From an uncultured Candidatus Saccharibacteria bacterium (GTDB lineage Bacteria; Patescibacteriota; Minisyncoccia; Phycocordibacterales; PALSA-1337), in the NCBI GenBank assembly GCA_964467225.1, contig CAYXPQ010000003.1, positions 4,276 to 68,275 of the forward strand: a DNA stretch of 64,000 nucleotides, written 5' to 3'. The position numbers and the translations under genes are program-made. Positions 49,336-58,681 of this stretch are shown piece after piece. Below the pieces are notes generated by a model, which saw only the letters and a list, made by a program, of their open reading frames with translations, ran no database searches and was not told the DNA's origin. Numbering within the stretch: position 1 is the first letter of the stretch; every line of letters starts with the position of its first letter.

Positions 49336-50949
49336 TTACGCTGCCATATCCAACTCAACATTAAATACAGACCCCTTACCATCCCCATCAGATTCAGCCC
49401 AAATTTTGCCTTGATGTGCAGTTACAATGTCTTTAGCAACGAATAGACCCAATCCAGTTCCATAAATATTTTGTTTATTCCCACTATCTAACCTTACAAA
49501 CTTAGAAAACAATCTAGGCATTGCCTCTGAAGATATTCCAACACCCGTATCCTTTACAGAGAAAGTAATTTTCTTTTCTTTAATATTTTTAACCAATGAT
49601 ACATCAATTGAGCCGCTTGGAGTGTATTTTATTGAATTATCAATCAGATTGGTTATAACTTGTTTTAATTTATCTTTGTCAGCATTTATTATGAATTTTT
49701 CATTTTCATTGTCAGGATTAAAATGCAAATTAAATGATAATTTGCTTTTTTGTATACTTGGTTTTAATTCATCAGCAACAGTTTCAACCATTTTTCTATA
49801 GTCAATAATTTCAAATGAATACTTCATAGTGCCAAGTTCAATTCTAGATACATTTAAATAATCATCCACAATATTTGTAAGGGTTTTAGAGGAATCCAGA
49901 ATCGTCTTAATAGCACTTTTAACTTCATCCTTTATTTCTCCAAATTCTCCTTCTATCAGAAGAGAAGCATACCCTTTCATTGCTGTCAGTGGTGCTCTAA
50001 GTTGATGGCTGGCAAAAGACACGAATTCAGATTTTTGCTTATCGAGTTCCAATAAGCGAGTATTTGCTTTTTTTAGATCCACAGCAAGTTTTTCAATTTT
50101 TTCTCTTTGATTAACCTCTCGTATAACGCTTTTGATGAGGAAGATGCCGACAAGAAGTGTGAACAAAAGTGTAATACCATTAGCAATATGATCAATTAAC
50201 GTTTCTCCAACCAAAAGCCTAATTAATAGAGTAATCCACAATGAGAAAGTTAGTAATTCTGTTGTAATTATTTTTGCACTAAATAGATGATGTTTAACAA
50301 TTGCATAAGATGCGGACAATGCCATTAATATTGTTGAAATTTGTCCCAACCAATTAATTGTAAAAATGCCGAATGAAGGAAGAATTAAATTTGAAACAAA
50401 AGATATTATTCCAGATGATACATAACCCAATAATACATAAATCAATTGGAGTCTTTCTGTTTTGTCTTCAGTTATTTTGACCTTTTTATACAGTCTTAAA
50501 AAAGCAAAATTGAAATAAAAAAGTATGTAGATAACATATACAAAATAAACATGACCCCAGTATATATTATTCTCACTACCAATCATTACTCTTGCCCCCT
50601 CAATAATTGAACTTCCGAAAAAAATTAATATTATTAATATTATATTTGGCAAAAAAATTAAAGTTTTTTTCTTGAACGAAATAGTAGAATATGTTGGAAA
50701 AACATAAGTAAAATATAAGAAATTACTAGCTATTAACGATGCAGATATGTACAACAACTTTGACCAAAAGACTATTGAATCGGGCGTGGACATTCTATAA
50801 AAAATCATGGCCAAACCCCAACCAATTATTGTAAGTATATTAAGCGAGTAAGCTTTATTTAATCTTTCCTTACTATTCTTTATTACAGTTGTACCCAATG
50901 CCAAAATTGCAAACATTACTACTATTAAGCTTATTGTAATAAGATCCAT
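49336..50949 (-). CDS. sensor histidine kinase with ~7-TM N-terminal domain
   Basis: HisKA H-box FVSFASHQLRAPLTAMKGY, HATPase_c G-boxes (GTGLGL). Confidence 0.85.
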   Translation of the reverse strand: MDLITISLIVVMFAILALGTTVIKNSKERLNKAYSLNILTIIGWGLAMIFYRMSTPDSIVFWSKLLYISASLIASNFLYFTYVFPTYSTISFKKKTLIFLPNIILIILIFFGSSIIEGARVMIGSENNIYWGHVYFVYVIYILFYFNFAFLRLYKKVKITEDKTERLQLIYVLLGYVSSGIISFVSNLILPSFGIFTINWLGQISTILMALSASYAIVKHHLFSAKIITTELLTFSLWITLLIRLLVGETLIDHIANGITLLFTLLVGIFLIKSVIREVNQREKIEKLAVDLKKANTRLLELDKQKSEFVSFASHQLRAPLTAMKGYASLLIEGEFGEIKDEVKSAIKTILDSSKTLTNIVDDYLNVSRIELGTMKYSFEIIDYRKMVETVADELKPSIQKSKLSFNLHFNPDNENEKFIINADKDKLKQVITNLIDNSIKYTPSGSIDVSLVKNIKEKKITFSVKDTGVGISSEAMPRLFSKFVRLDSGNKQNIYGTGLGLFVAKDIVTAHQGKIWAESDGDGKGSVFNVELDMAA

Positions 50950-50954
50950 TTCAA

Positions 50955-52025
50955 TTAGTATTTAATAAAATTTTTAATATATTTTTCATCAATTATTCCC
51001 ATCGAATTTTGCATTAATTCATTATTAAATCTTAACTTAACACCAACATCTGATAATAATTCAAGAAATTCAAAGTCCAGTTGATTAATAGAATAATGTT
51101 TATCACTGTTATTGTGTGCTAATATTAGTGTCTCAGCTAAACAACTAAATATATCGTCCTTTCTACTTAATCCCATATTAAAATTACAACTTATTCCTGG
51201 AGCGTTCAAAACCCCACCTTCAATAACTAGTACATCCTTTCTATTTTCAATAATTTCTGGAGAAATATCTGATGGTTGCGCATCATTAATGATAATAGTG
51301 CCAGGAGAAACATCTTGTGATTTAATTACTACTTCAGGTGCACTAGTGGCAGCAATAATTATTTTGCATTGACTGACCGTATCAACTCTATGTGTAATAT
51401 CTATTGAAACATCTTTTGAATGCTTTTCAATTAATAAAATCTTTTCTCTTAAAACATTCAATTTTCTTTCAAGATCAATTAGATAAAAATTTTTATACCC
51501 CATTTTTGCCAAAAGGATTGCTACACCTGATCCAATACCACCTGCAGCACCAACTATTCCAATGCTAATTTTACTCTTATCAAGGTTGAAACTCTTTTCA
51601 ATTCTCAAAATATAGTCAGTAATATTTTTAATTGTATAAGTTCTTCCTGTTGTAATATATATATCCTTAATATTATTTATCACATCATTTCCTCCTGCGG
51701 TTAACGACGATGTCATTGCACCCAATCCAATGTATTTGGCACCTTTTGATTTTGCTAATTTAATTGCAGATAGAATTCTTTTAAGAGCAAGAGATTTGTT
51801 TTCTAGTAACTGATGTGCAGTCATTGGTACCCCAATTACTAAGCCATCAATTTTGTTACCATACTTATCAACCAATCCAGTTATTTTTGAAACCACAATT
51901 GGAGGTAAATTTTTTGTAATAAAATCAATAATAAAATTAGGGAAAGAACTTAAAAAAGGATATTTTCGCGGTAAATCACTCCTATCTCGAGAATGAACAA
52001 TAAAAGCGAATTTTATCTTACTCAT
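50955..52025 (-). CDS. putative NAD(P)-binding dehydrogenase (shikimate/amino-acid dehydrogenase-like Rossmann protein)
   Basis: GIVGAAGGIGSGVAILLAKMG...YLIDL Rossmann GxGxxG; co-directional and 5 nt from the kinase gene. Confidence 0.45.
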   Translation of the reverse strand: MSKIKFAFIVHSRDRSDLPRKYPFLSSFPNFIIDFITKNLPPIVVSKITGLVDKYGNKIDGLVIGVPMTAHQLLENKSLALKRILSAIKLAKSKGAKYIGLGAMTSSLTAGGNDVINNIKDIYITTGRTYTIKNITDYILRIEKSFNLDKSKISIGIVGAAGGIGSGVAILLAKMGYKNFYLIDLERKLNVLREKILLIEKHSKDVSIDITHRVDTVSQCKIIIAATSAPEVVIKSQDVSPGTIIINDAQPSDISPEIIENRKDVLVIEGGVLNAPGISCNFNMGLSRKDDIFSCLAETLILAHNNSDKHYSINQLDFEFLELLSDVGVKLRFNNELMQNSMGIIDEKYIKNFIKY

Positions 52026-52078
52026 ATTTTATGAGATTAATTTTAGCATTTACTGTAAAAAAATAGTAGTATGTAAAT

Positions 52079-53761
52079 ATGATTATAAAAAGCCTCCTAA
52101 TGCTAACAATTTTTCTAGACTTTATATTAGGTTTTATAGTTTTTAATCAAGAGAATAAAACAAGAACACAAAAATCTTTTATACTTTTATGTTTTATAAG
52201 TCTTTTATGGACAATTTCTAATTATATGACAGTGGTTTCAAATTCAATTTTTTGGTTTAATTCCACGTATGCTTTTGGATCACTGGTCATGTGTTCAGGA
52301 ATTATCTGGACATTGAATTACACCGAAATCCATTTGTCTAAGAAGAGACTAATTGTAATTATTATTCCATTTATAGCTTTATTTTTTCTTTCATATTTCA
52401 AAAATTTTATTACAATCTCCTACTCAAACACAAGTACTGATTTTATATATTTAATAAGAAATGGTTGGGGATTTTACATTTATACAGCCTTATATATAGT
52501 TGGTGCTTTTACTATAATCTCTATTCTTATAAAAAGATATTCAAAAATTATTGAGAGAAATCAAAAACACCTCAATTTAATTATTATTATTGGAATTATT
52601 CTCTCACTATTAATCATTAGCCTTAATAGTTTCATATTCCCCCACTTTTCAATCATCTTTTCAGGTGTATTAGATAATATTGGTTTTTCATTCTTTCTAG
52701 TATCAATATTCTTAGGAATATTCAAATATTATTTATTTAATATTAGGTTGATAACATTGGAAATCACTGTCTTTCTGCTCTGGATGATTATCTTTATCAG
52801 AGCGACATTTTCTAATTCTATAACCGAAATATTTGTTGAAAGTTCCATATTATTTGTCACTATTATAATTAGCAACTTATTAATCAAGTCAATAGTTAGG
52901 GAGATTAGCCTGAGGAAAGAAAAGGAATTTCTTGTTAGGAAGCTGTCGGTTGTTAATAATAAGTTAAAATCAAAAATCACCCACCAAACCAAAGAAGTGC
53001 GCAAGGCATATGAAATAGAAAATAGGGCCAGAAAGGATCTGGAGAAGTTAAATGAGACCAAGGACCAATTCATAATGCTCACCCAACACAACCTTAGATC
53101 CCCTATAACCACAATCAAATCAGAATTAGAGTTATTAATAAATGGTCACAATGGGAAAATAGATGATACTGCCCTAAATTCCATAATTAGGACCAAATCT
53201 TCTGCTGATAGACTGTCACAAATAGTTGATGATTTCCTGAATATTACAACTATTAAAATCGGTTCTCAAATACTAAAACTAGCAACAGGCAACGTAAAGT
53301 CTATTATTGAAAATGTAATTAACGATCTTAGACTTGAAGTTGAAGAGATGAGGGTAAAAATTAATTATATTAGTTCTGAAAATATTTGGCCTGATATTAA
53401 GATGGATATTAATAAAATAAGAGAAGCGCTCACTATAATCATTGAGAATGCAATTAAATACAATTTTGATAGAGGTGTGATTAATATTTCAAATACAATT
53501 GTTGATAATAATATCATTCTATCTATAGAAAATACTGGGGTCGGGATAACATCTGAAGAAAGTCAGAGTATTTTTAATAAACTATTTTATAGAGGAATGA
53601 GGGCCCGCGAAAGAAATCCAATTGGAATGGGTATTGGACTTCAGGTTGCCAAAGCAATTATTAGTGGTCATAAAGGCAAAATTAGTATTGAATCACTTGG
53701 TGAAAATTATGGCGCCTGTGTTGAAATAATTTTACCAATTAACTCTTATAATGAAGCCTAG
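52079..53761 (+). CDS. sensor histidine kinase with ~8-TM N-terminal domain
   Basis: H-box LTQHNLRSPITTIKSE, G-boxes GVGITSEE/GMGIGLQVAK. Confidence 0.85.
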   Translation: MIIKSLLMLTIFLDFILGFIVFNQENKTRTQKSFILLCFISLLWTISNYMTVVSNSIFWFNSTYAFGSLVMCSGIIWTLNYTEIHLSKKRLIVIIIPFIALFFLSYFKNFITISYSNTSTDFIYLIRNGWGFYIYTALYIVGAFTIISILIKRYSKIIERNQKHLNLIIIIGIILSLLIISLNSFIFPHFSIIFSGVLDNIGFSFFLVSIFLGIFKYYLFNIRLITLEITVFLLWMIIFIRATFSNSITEIFVESSILFVTIIISNLLIKSIVREISLRKEKEFLVRKLSVVNNKLKSKITHQTKEVRKAYEIENRARKDLEKLNETKDQFIMLTQHNLRSPITTIKSELELLINGHNGKIDDTALNSIIRTKSSADRLSQIVDDFLNITTIKIGSQILKLATGNVKSIIENVINDLRLEVEEMRVKINYISSENIWPDIKMDINKIREALTIIIENAIKYNFDRGVINISNTIVDNNIILSIENTGVGITSEESQSIFNKLFYRGMRARERNPIGMGIGLQVAKAIISGHKGKISIESLGENYGACVEIILPINSYNEA

Positions 53762-54443
53762 ATATTACATTATAAAATATTCTTGTAATTTCAGTAATTG
53801 AGTCGGATTTATTATATTTTATATCCCTGCCTATATTCACAATAAATTTTGCTCTTAAACCATTTTTCTTAATTCTCATTGCAACTGGCAAAACACTGGC
53901 TCCTGTGGTCTTAGCTAGAACTGAAGCACCATGCTTAAAGTCTCCAATTTTGTCATTAAGAATAATACTTCCTTCCGGATATATCACAATATTACCATTG
54001 CTTTTAATTATTTTAATTGCTTCCTCAAGATTTTTATGAATTCCCCTGCCCTGATACACAACAAGTACTCCGAATATTCGATAAACAAAATCAACAATTA
54101 AAAGCTTTTTGAGGAGTTTTAATACAGGATGATCAAAATCTTTAACTGCAAGAAATCTTAATGGTAAATGATTTGAATTTAAGCCTAAAACAAGTCTAAA
54201 TATGAAACTATCATAAATAGAAACATGATTTGAAATTATTATAAAGGGTGATTTTATTTTGTCTAAATTCTCCCTGCCATTTATCTCAACATTATATAGG
54301 GTATTAAAAAAGATATATGCAATAGGCCATGATAAAAATTGAGTTATACCTGAAAAATATTTCAAAAAAATATTATATGATTCTGATTTGGGTGATTGAT
54401 AATACCCTTCGATATTTCGAATAGCCTCCATGCCCATATGCAT
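53739..54443 (-). CDS. plsC: 1-acyl-sn-glycerol-3-phosphate acyltransferase (LPLAT family)
   Basis: NHVSIYD (HX4D) and YPEGS motifs. Confidence 0.8.
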   Translation of the reverse strand: MHMGMEAIRNIEGYYQSPKSESYNIFLKYFSGITQFLSWPIAYIFFNTLYNVEINGRENLDKIKSPFIIISNHVSIYDSFIFRLVLGLNSNHLPLRFLAVKDFDHPVLKLLKKLLIVDFVYRIFGVLVVYQGRGIHKNLEEAIKIIKSNGNIVIYPEGSIILNDKIGDFKHGASVLAKTTGASVLPVAMRIKKNGLRAKFIVNIGRDIKYNKSDSITEITRIFYNVISRLHYKS

Positions 54444-54460
54444 ACATTATATCCGATTTT

Positions 54461-56599
54461 TTATTTTTTAGGCCAGCTTTCGATAATTAGCATGTTTTTA
54501 CCATCAATTGGCATGTCTGTCCATATCTCTTCGGTAACAAATGGTATAAATGGATGCAGGCAAATCAACAACTCAGATAATATTTTGACTAGCATGTTTT
54601 TGCGAGAATTTTTGTGTGGATCATTACCTTCGGTAATTATTTTTTTACTTTCTTCTAGAATTTTGTCTGCAAAATTGTGCCATGAATAATGATACAATTT
54701 CTCACCTGCCATATAGAATCTGAAACTATCCATATCTGAGGTTACATCAGCTAGTATAGATTTCCATTGTGAAATATGATCTGCATCTATCTTTTCATAT
54801 TTATTAAAATTAGAGTCATATTTAATATCTCCAACACTACTCAATACGAATCTTGCAATGTTCCAAAGCTTATTTGCGTAGTTTTTGTAAGCTCTTATTT
54901 TGTCCTCAGACAAGGCCAATGATGTTCCTGGAGTATTACCAACAACCATACCCATCCTGAAGGCATCTGTGCCGTATTTATCAGTTAAATCAAGTGGATT
55001 AATAACATTTCCCTTACTCTTGCTCATTTTTTGGCCCTTGGCATCAAGAACAAGACCATGTAGATACACAGTTTTAAATGGTACTTCTCCAGTAACATAT
55101 AGACCCAGCATTATCATTCTAGCTACCCAGAAAAAGATAATTTCTCCAGCTGTTTCCATAACATCTGTTGGATAGAAATTTTTGAAATCTTTGGAATCTG
55201 GATATCCTAGAGATACGAACGGCCATTGTCCTGATGAGAACCATGTATCAAATGTATCAGCATCCTGTTTTAATTCTGAATTACATTTTTTGCATTTTGT
55301 AAGTGAATTATCTAGATCAACATAACCTTCATTACACTTTGTACAAATCTTGGCAGGTATAGGAATACCCCAGACTATTTGTCTAGAAATATTCCAGTCC
55401 ATAATATTATTCAACCAGTGTGTAATTATCTTCTCATAGTGATCAGGGATAAATACTATTTCCTTATTTTTAATTTTCTCTAGAGCTTTATCTGCCAATG
55501 GCTTCATCTTTACGAACCACTGACTCCTGATCTGCGGCTCTATTGTGGTTCCGCATTTATAGCAAGTTTTTATATTATGCTTGTAATTCTCATCTACTTT
55601 CTCTACTAGGCCTTTGCTCTGTAGTCTCTCAATAATTAATGGTCTGGCTTTATTTATACTCATACCTGCAAAATCTCCAGCAATTGGCAACAACTTTCCC
55701 CTTTCATCTATTACTTGCTCTTTGTCTAATCCATGTCTTTCTGCAATTTCAAAGTCCACAGCATCATGCCAAGGTGTAATCGTCATTACACCAGTTCCAA
55801 ATGACATATCTATTGCACTATCCTTTATTATAGTTGCTGTGACTTTACCATTTATCCATTCAGCTTCGAACTTATCTCCATGCTTGTATTTCTCGTATCT
55901 TTTATCATCAGGGTGCATAACAACATATTTGTCACCGAACTTTGTCTCAGGTCTTGATGTGGAAATTGTGAATGGACCATATTTCAAATAATAAAATGGT
56001 TCTACCTTCTCCTCATCTTTGATCTCTAAATCAGAAAATGATGTTTGATGCTTCGGACACCAGCTAATTATTCTATTCCCTCTGTAGACTAGGCCGTCAT
56101 CGTATAATTTTTTAAATGTTTTATATACATTCTTAACAACATCTTCGTCCAATGTAAATTTGGTCCTGCTCCAATCACATGATGAACCCATACTTCTAAC
56201 TTGAGACAAAATATTTTTTGAATTAGTCAAAGTAAAATCCATTATTTCCTCATATAGCTTTTGGGGTTCAATTTCAAATCTGGATCTTCCCTCTTTCTCT
56301 AATTTTTTCTCATATACTACCTGAGTCTCAAATCCAGCATGATCAAGTCCTGGTAACCACAAAGTCTTAAATCCTTGTAATCTCTTGTAGCGGGTCATTA
56401 TATCCTCAATAGTCATCACCAATCCGTGTCCAGCATGCAATGATCCATTCGCATTTGTTGGAGGCATGATAATAGTGAAAGATTTGCCATCTTTATTAGG
56501 TAAATTGTCAGGATTGAAATACCCACTTTCCTCCCATTTTTTATATATAATAGGTTCTACCTCCTTGGCATTATATGGCTTTAGGAACTTTTCATTCAT
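54461..56599 (-). CDS. valS: valyl-tRNA synthetase, compact form (712 aa)
   Basis: PPTNANGSLHAGH (HIGH), TLWLPGLDHAG, KMSKSKGN; lacks long C-terminal coiled-coil. Confidence 0.9.
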   Translation of the reverse strand: MNEKFLKPYNAKEVEPIIYKKWEESGYFNPDNLPNKDGKSFTIIMPPTNANGSLHAGHGLVMTIEDIMTRYKRLQGFKTLWLPGLDHAGFETQVVYEKKLEKEGRSRFEIEPQKLYEEIMDFTLTNSKNILSQVRSMGSSCDWSRTKFTLDEDVVKNVYKTFKKLYDDGLVYRGNRIISWCPKHQTSFSDLEIKDEEKVEPFYYLKYGPFTISTSRPETKFGDKYVVMHPDDKRYEKYKHGDKFEAEWINGKVTATIIKDSAIDMSFGTGVMTITPWHDAVDFEIAERHGLDKEQVIDERGKLLPIAGDFAGMSINKARPLIIERLQSKGLVEKVDENYKHNIKTCYKCGTTIEPQIRSQWFVKMKPLADKALEKIKNKEIVFIPDHYEKIITHWLNNIMDWNISRQIVWGIPIPAKICTKCNEGYVDLDNSLTKCKKCNSELKQDADTFDTWFSSGQWPFVSLGYPDSKDFKNFYPTDVMETAGEIIFFWVARMIMLGLYVTGEVPFKTVYLHGLVLDAKGQKMSKSKGNVINPLDLTDKYGTDAFRMGMVVGNTPGTSLALSEDKIRAYKNYANKLWNIARFVLSSVGDIKYDSNFNKYEKIDADHISQWKSILADVTSDMDSFRFYMAGEKLYHYSWHNFADKILEESKKIITEGNDPHKNSRKNMLVKILSELLICLHPFIPFVTEEIWTDMPIDGKNMLIIESWPKK

Positions 56600-56950
56600 A
56601 GGTAATACTATACATTATTTTACATATATTTCAAAAAAATAATAAAATTAAGCCATCTCCCTATTAGGAAATGGCTATGGAGTTTTGGCACTCATTGTCT
56701 TTATTATTCCAAGACTTGGATTTGTGAGCAGACTCCACCATATATTTCACATATTTGGCGATGTCTCCTTTTCGAAGGTTTGGAGGAGCACCTCCTAACA
56801 CTTCGTGAAATGCATATCGACCCTGTGAGATTCGATTCTGCATTTGTTATACGGTCCGACACAACTATTTTTTCTTCATTCGTTTTCACTTACACTGCCT
56901 TTTTGTTGCACTCCTTTTGGAGTGGAGATACTTTACTTAAGTTATCTCTA
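56600..56950 (-). promoter_or_regulatory. structured ~350-nt valS leader with intrinsic terminator; candidate T-box riboswitch
   Basis: Minus-strand TTGTCA-16-TGtTAATCT promoter near 56950-56990; terminator AGCCAUUUCC-uaauag-GGAGAUGGCU + UAAUUUUAUUAUUUUUUU ending ~40 nt before ATG; upstream UAUGGUGGA core resembles the T-box AGGGUGGN sequence. Confidence 0.4.
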
Positions 56951-56977
56951 TATTAGATTAACATAAAAAAGATTTTT

Positions 56978-57024
56978 GACAAAAGATAAGGCCACAAGGG
57001 TGGGGCTTGAGAGCCTTTTTCTTG
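56978..57024. repeat. copy A of a ~48-bp terminator/promoter module (gacaaaagataaggccacaagggtggggcttgagagcctttttcttg)
   Basis: Two differences from copy B; contains small hairpins CCAC-aagg-GTGG and GGCT-tgag-AGCC and the -35 of the valS leader promoter. Confidence 0.6.
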
Positions 57025-57035
57025 TGACCGTGCCA

Positions 57036-57404
57036 CTACAACGCTTCCAACCGTGTTTTTGCTTCATCCTTCGTGATTTTACCATCAATGAAATCACGGA
57101 TTACGGTACGAAGCGGTTCCGGACAAAATTCATTCCGCAAACAAATAATATCGAGTGTCTGTGGGGGACCATTCAATTGATTAATAGCCACCTTAGCGAG
57201 TGTTTTGACAACCGCATCAACCTTTTTGAACGATCCATCAGGACCCACCTTAATAGATGAGTCCGAGTAAATCATGCTGAAGGCTATAAGAACCGCCCCC
57301 ACAGCGTATTGTAATGAGTCTCCATGGCACAAGGTATTATCCTTGTCTCCAGCAACCCAAGCAGAGTAGACGCCATCTTGGCTTTTCGTAAATTCAATAT
57401 TCAT
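57036..57404 (-). CDS. hypothetical protein (122 aa), GC-rich, bracketed by the duplicated module
   Basis: ATG verified; preceded by AAGGAAAG RBS-like purine run; no family recognised. Confidence 0.4.
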   Translation of the reverse strand: MNIEFTKSQDGVYSAWVAGDKDNTLCHGDSLQYAVGAVLIAFSMIYSDSSIKVGPDGSFKKVDAVVKTLAKVAINQLNGPPQTLDIICLRNEFCPEPLRTVIRDFIDGKITKDEAKTRLEAL

Positions 57405-57470
57405 AGTGGAAATGAATGCCTTTCTTTCCTTACGATATCATTATTTCTTATAAATTTCAATTATTTTTAT

Positions 57471-57518
57471 GACACAAAAGATAAGGCCACAAGGGTGGGC
57501 TTGATAGCCTTTTTCTTG
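57471..57518. repeat. copy B of the ~48-bp terminator/promoter module
   Basis: gacacaaaagataaggccacaagggtgggcttgatagcctttttcttg; lies between tRNA-Ala and the GC-rich ORF. Confidence 0.6.
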
Positions 57519-57591
57519 CGGCACTCTACTATTCTTCATTAAGAGCGAGTACTTGTTCTGCTTATGTCAAAACATAAGATGAGAGATTTTG

Positions 57592-57664
57592 TGGACCCGA
57601 GGAGATTCGAACTCCTGACCTTCCGCTTGCAAAGCGGTTGCTCTACCAACTGAGCTACGGGCCC
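57592..57664 (-). tRNA. tRNA-Ala (anticodon UGC)
   Basis: Reverse complement GGGCCCGTAGCTCAGTTGGTAGAGCAACCGCTTTGCAAGCGGAAGGTCAGGAGTTCGAATCTCCTCGGGTCCA: cloverleaf, anticodon loop CTTTGCAAG, G3:U70 identity pair, 73 nt, CCA not encoded. Confidence 0.9.
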
Positions 57665-57763
57665 CTGTGACTTACATACATTCAATGTTATTCGAACCCA
57701 TCTGTTGTATACCTACCAAAACAGCTACGAGCCCATATAACTAAACGTAAAAATTATTTTACA

Positions 57764-58660
57764 TTATTTTCTACTTAAAGCAAGTTCCAAAACATGATCT
57801 AAGAAATGAGGCAACGATGAGCCAACATTCTCCAATGACTCCTTGAATAATTGATCATCGTGAATTTTTGGTAGAGCATTCGTGTTAACTAGATAAATTC
57901 CCATCTTTGGATGAATAATAAAATCCGAGCTTGAATAATGTCTCAGACCCAGAGCTTCATGTGCTCTCTTGGCAATGTCTTCAATTATTCTTTTCTCCTC
58001 AATAGTTATTCCCTCACCCATCGCTGGAAGTGCATATAAATCATGATTTCTATATTTATCTATCACAACACATTGGCAATCTTTACCAATAATATATTCT
58101 TCTATTATTACATTGTTACTATACTTTTGGGCTTCGATGATTGCACTTTCCAAATCGCTAAAATTTTTTACATAACTAATTCCTTCATTGTTATTTCCAA
58201 ATGCTGGCTTTACCACGACTGGTAAAGGAAATGATCTGAATATTTTGATTATTGTATCTTTTATGTTCTTAATTGAAGTTTCAATTATATGTCTGGGTGC
58301 TTTAATCTTATTATTTTTTAAAATATCTTTGGCATGGAGCTTGCTGACATTTATTAATGAATAGAAGGATTTTGTTCCGGTAAAAGGTATAGCATGCGAT
58401 TCTAAGATATGCTGCACCTTACCATCTTCCCCATAATACCCATGCAGTGCATTAAACACCACATCAATATGATTTAAGGCAGAGTGAGGCAAAACAGGCA
58501 AACCATGCATATACCATTGACCTTCTTTATCAATGAAAATATCTCGAACATTATATTTCTCTTGCGGTAAATTATTGAGCACAGTCGCACCAGTTTTTAG
58601 TGAAATTTCATACTCACTACTTGGACCGCCTCTTAGAACACCGACTCTTATTCTATGCAT
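57764..58660 (-). CDS. ddl: D-alanine--D-alanine ligase
   Basis: RVGVLRGGPSSEYEISLKTG N-terminus, ATP-grasp C-domain, 298 aa. Confidence 0.9.
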   Translation of the reverse strand: MHRIRVGVLRGGPSSEYEISLKTGATVLNNLPQEKYNVRDIFIDKEGQWYMHGLPVLPHSALNHIDVVFNALHGYYGEDGKVQHILESHAIPFTGTKSFYSLINVSKLHAKDILKNNKIKAPRHIIETSIKNIKDTIIKIFRSFPLPVVVKPAFGNNNEGISYVKNFSDLESAIIEAQKYSNNVIIEEYIIGKDCQCVVIDKYRNHDLYALPAMGEGITIEEKRIIEDIAKRAHEALGLRHYSSSDFIIHPKMGIYLVNTNALPKIHDDQLFKESLENVGSSLPHFLDHVLELALSRK

Positions 58661-58681
58661 GAATATATTATACCGTATATT

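Noticed and set aside
56704-56889. Minus-strand 61-aa ORF inside the valS leader
   Set aside because: It lies within a structured 5' UTR between the promoter and terminator. The product is low-complexity and basic. Interpreted as part of the leader RNA rather than a gene.
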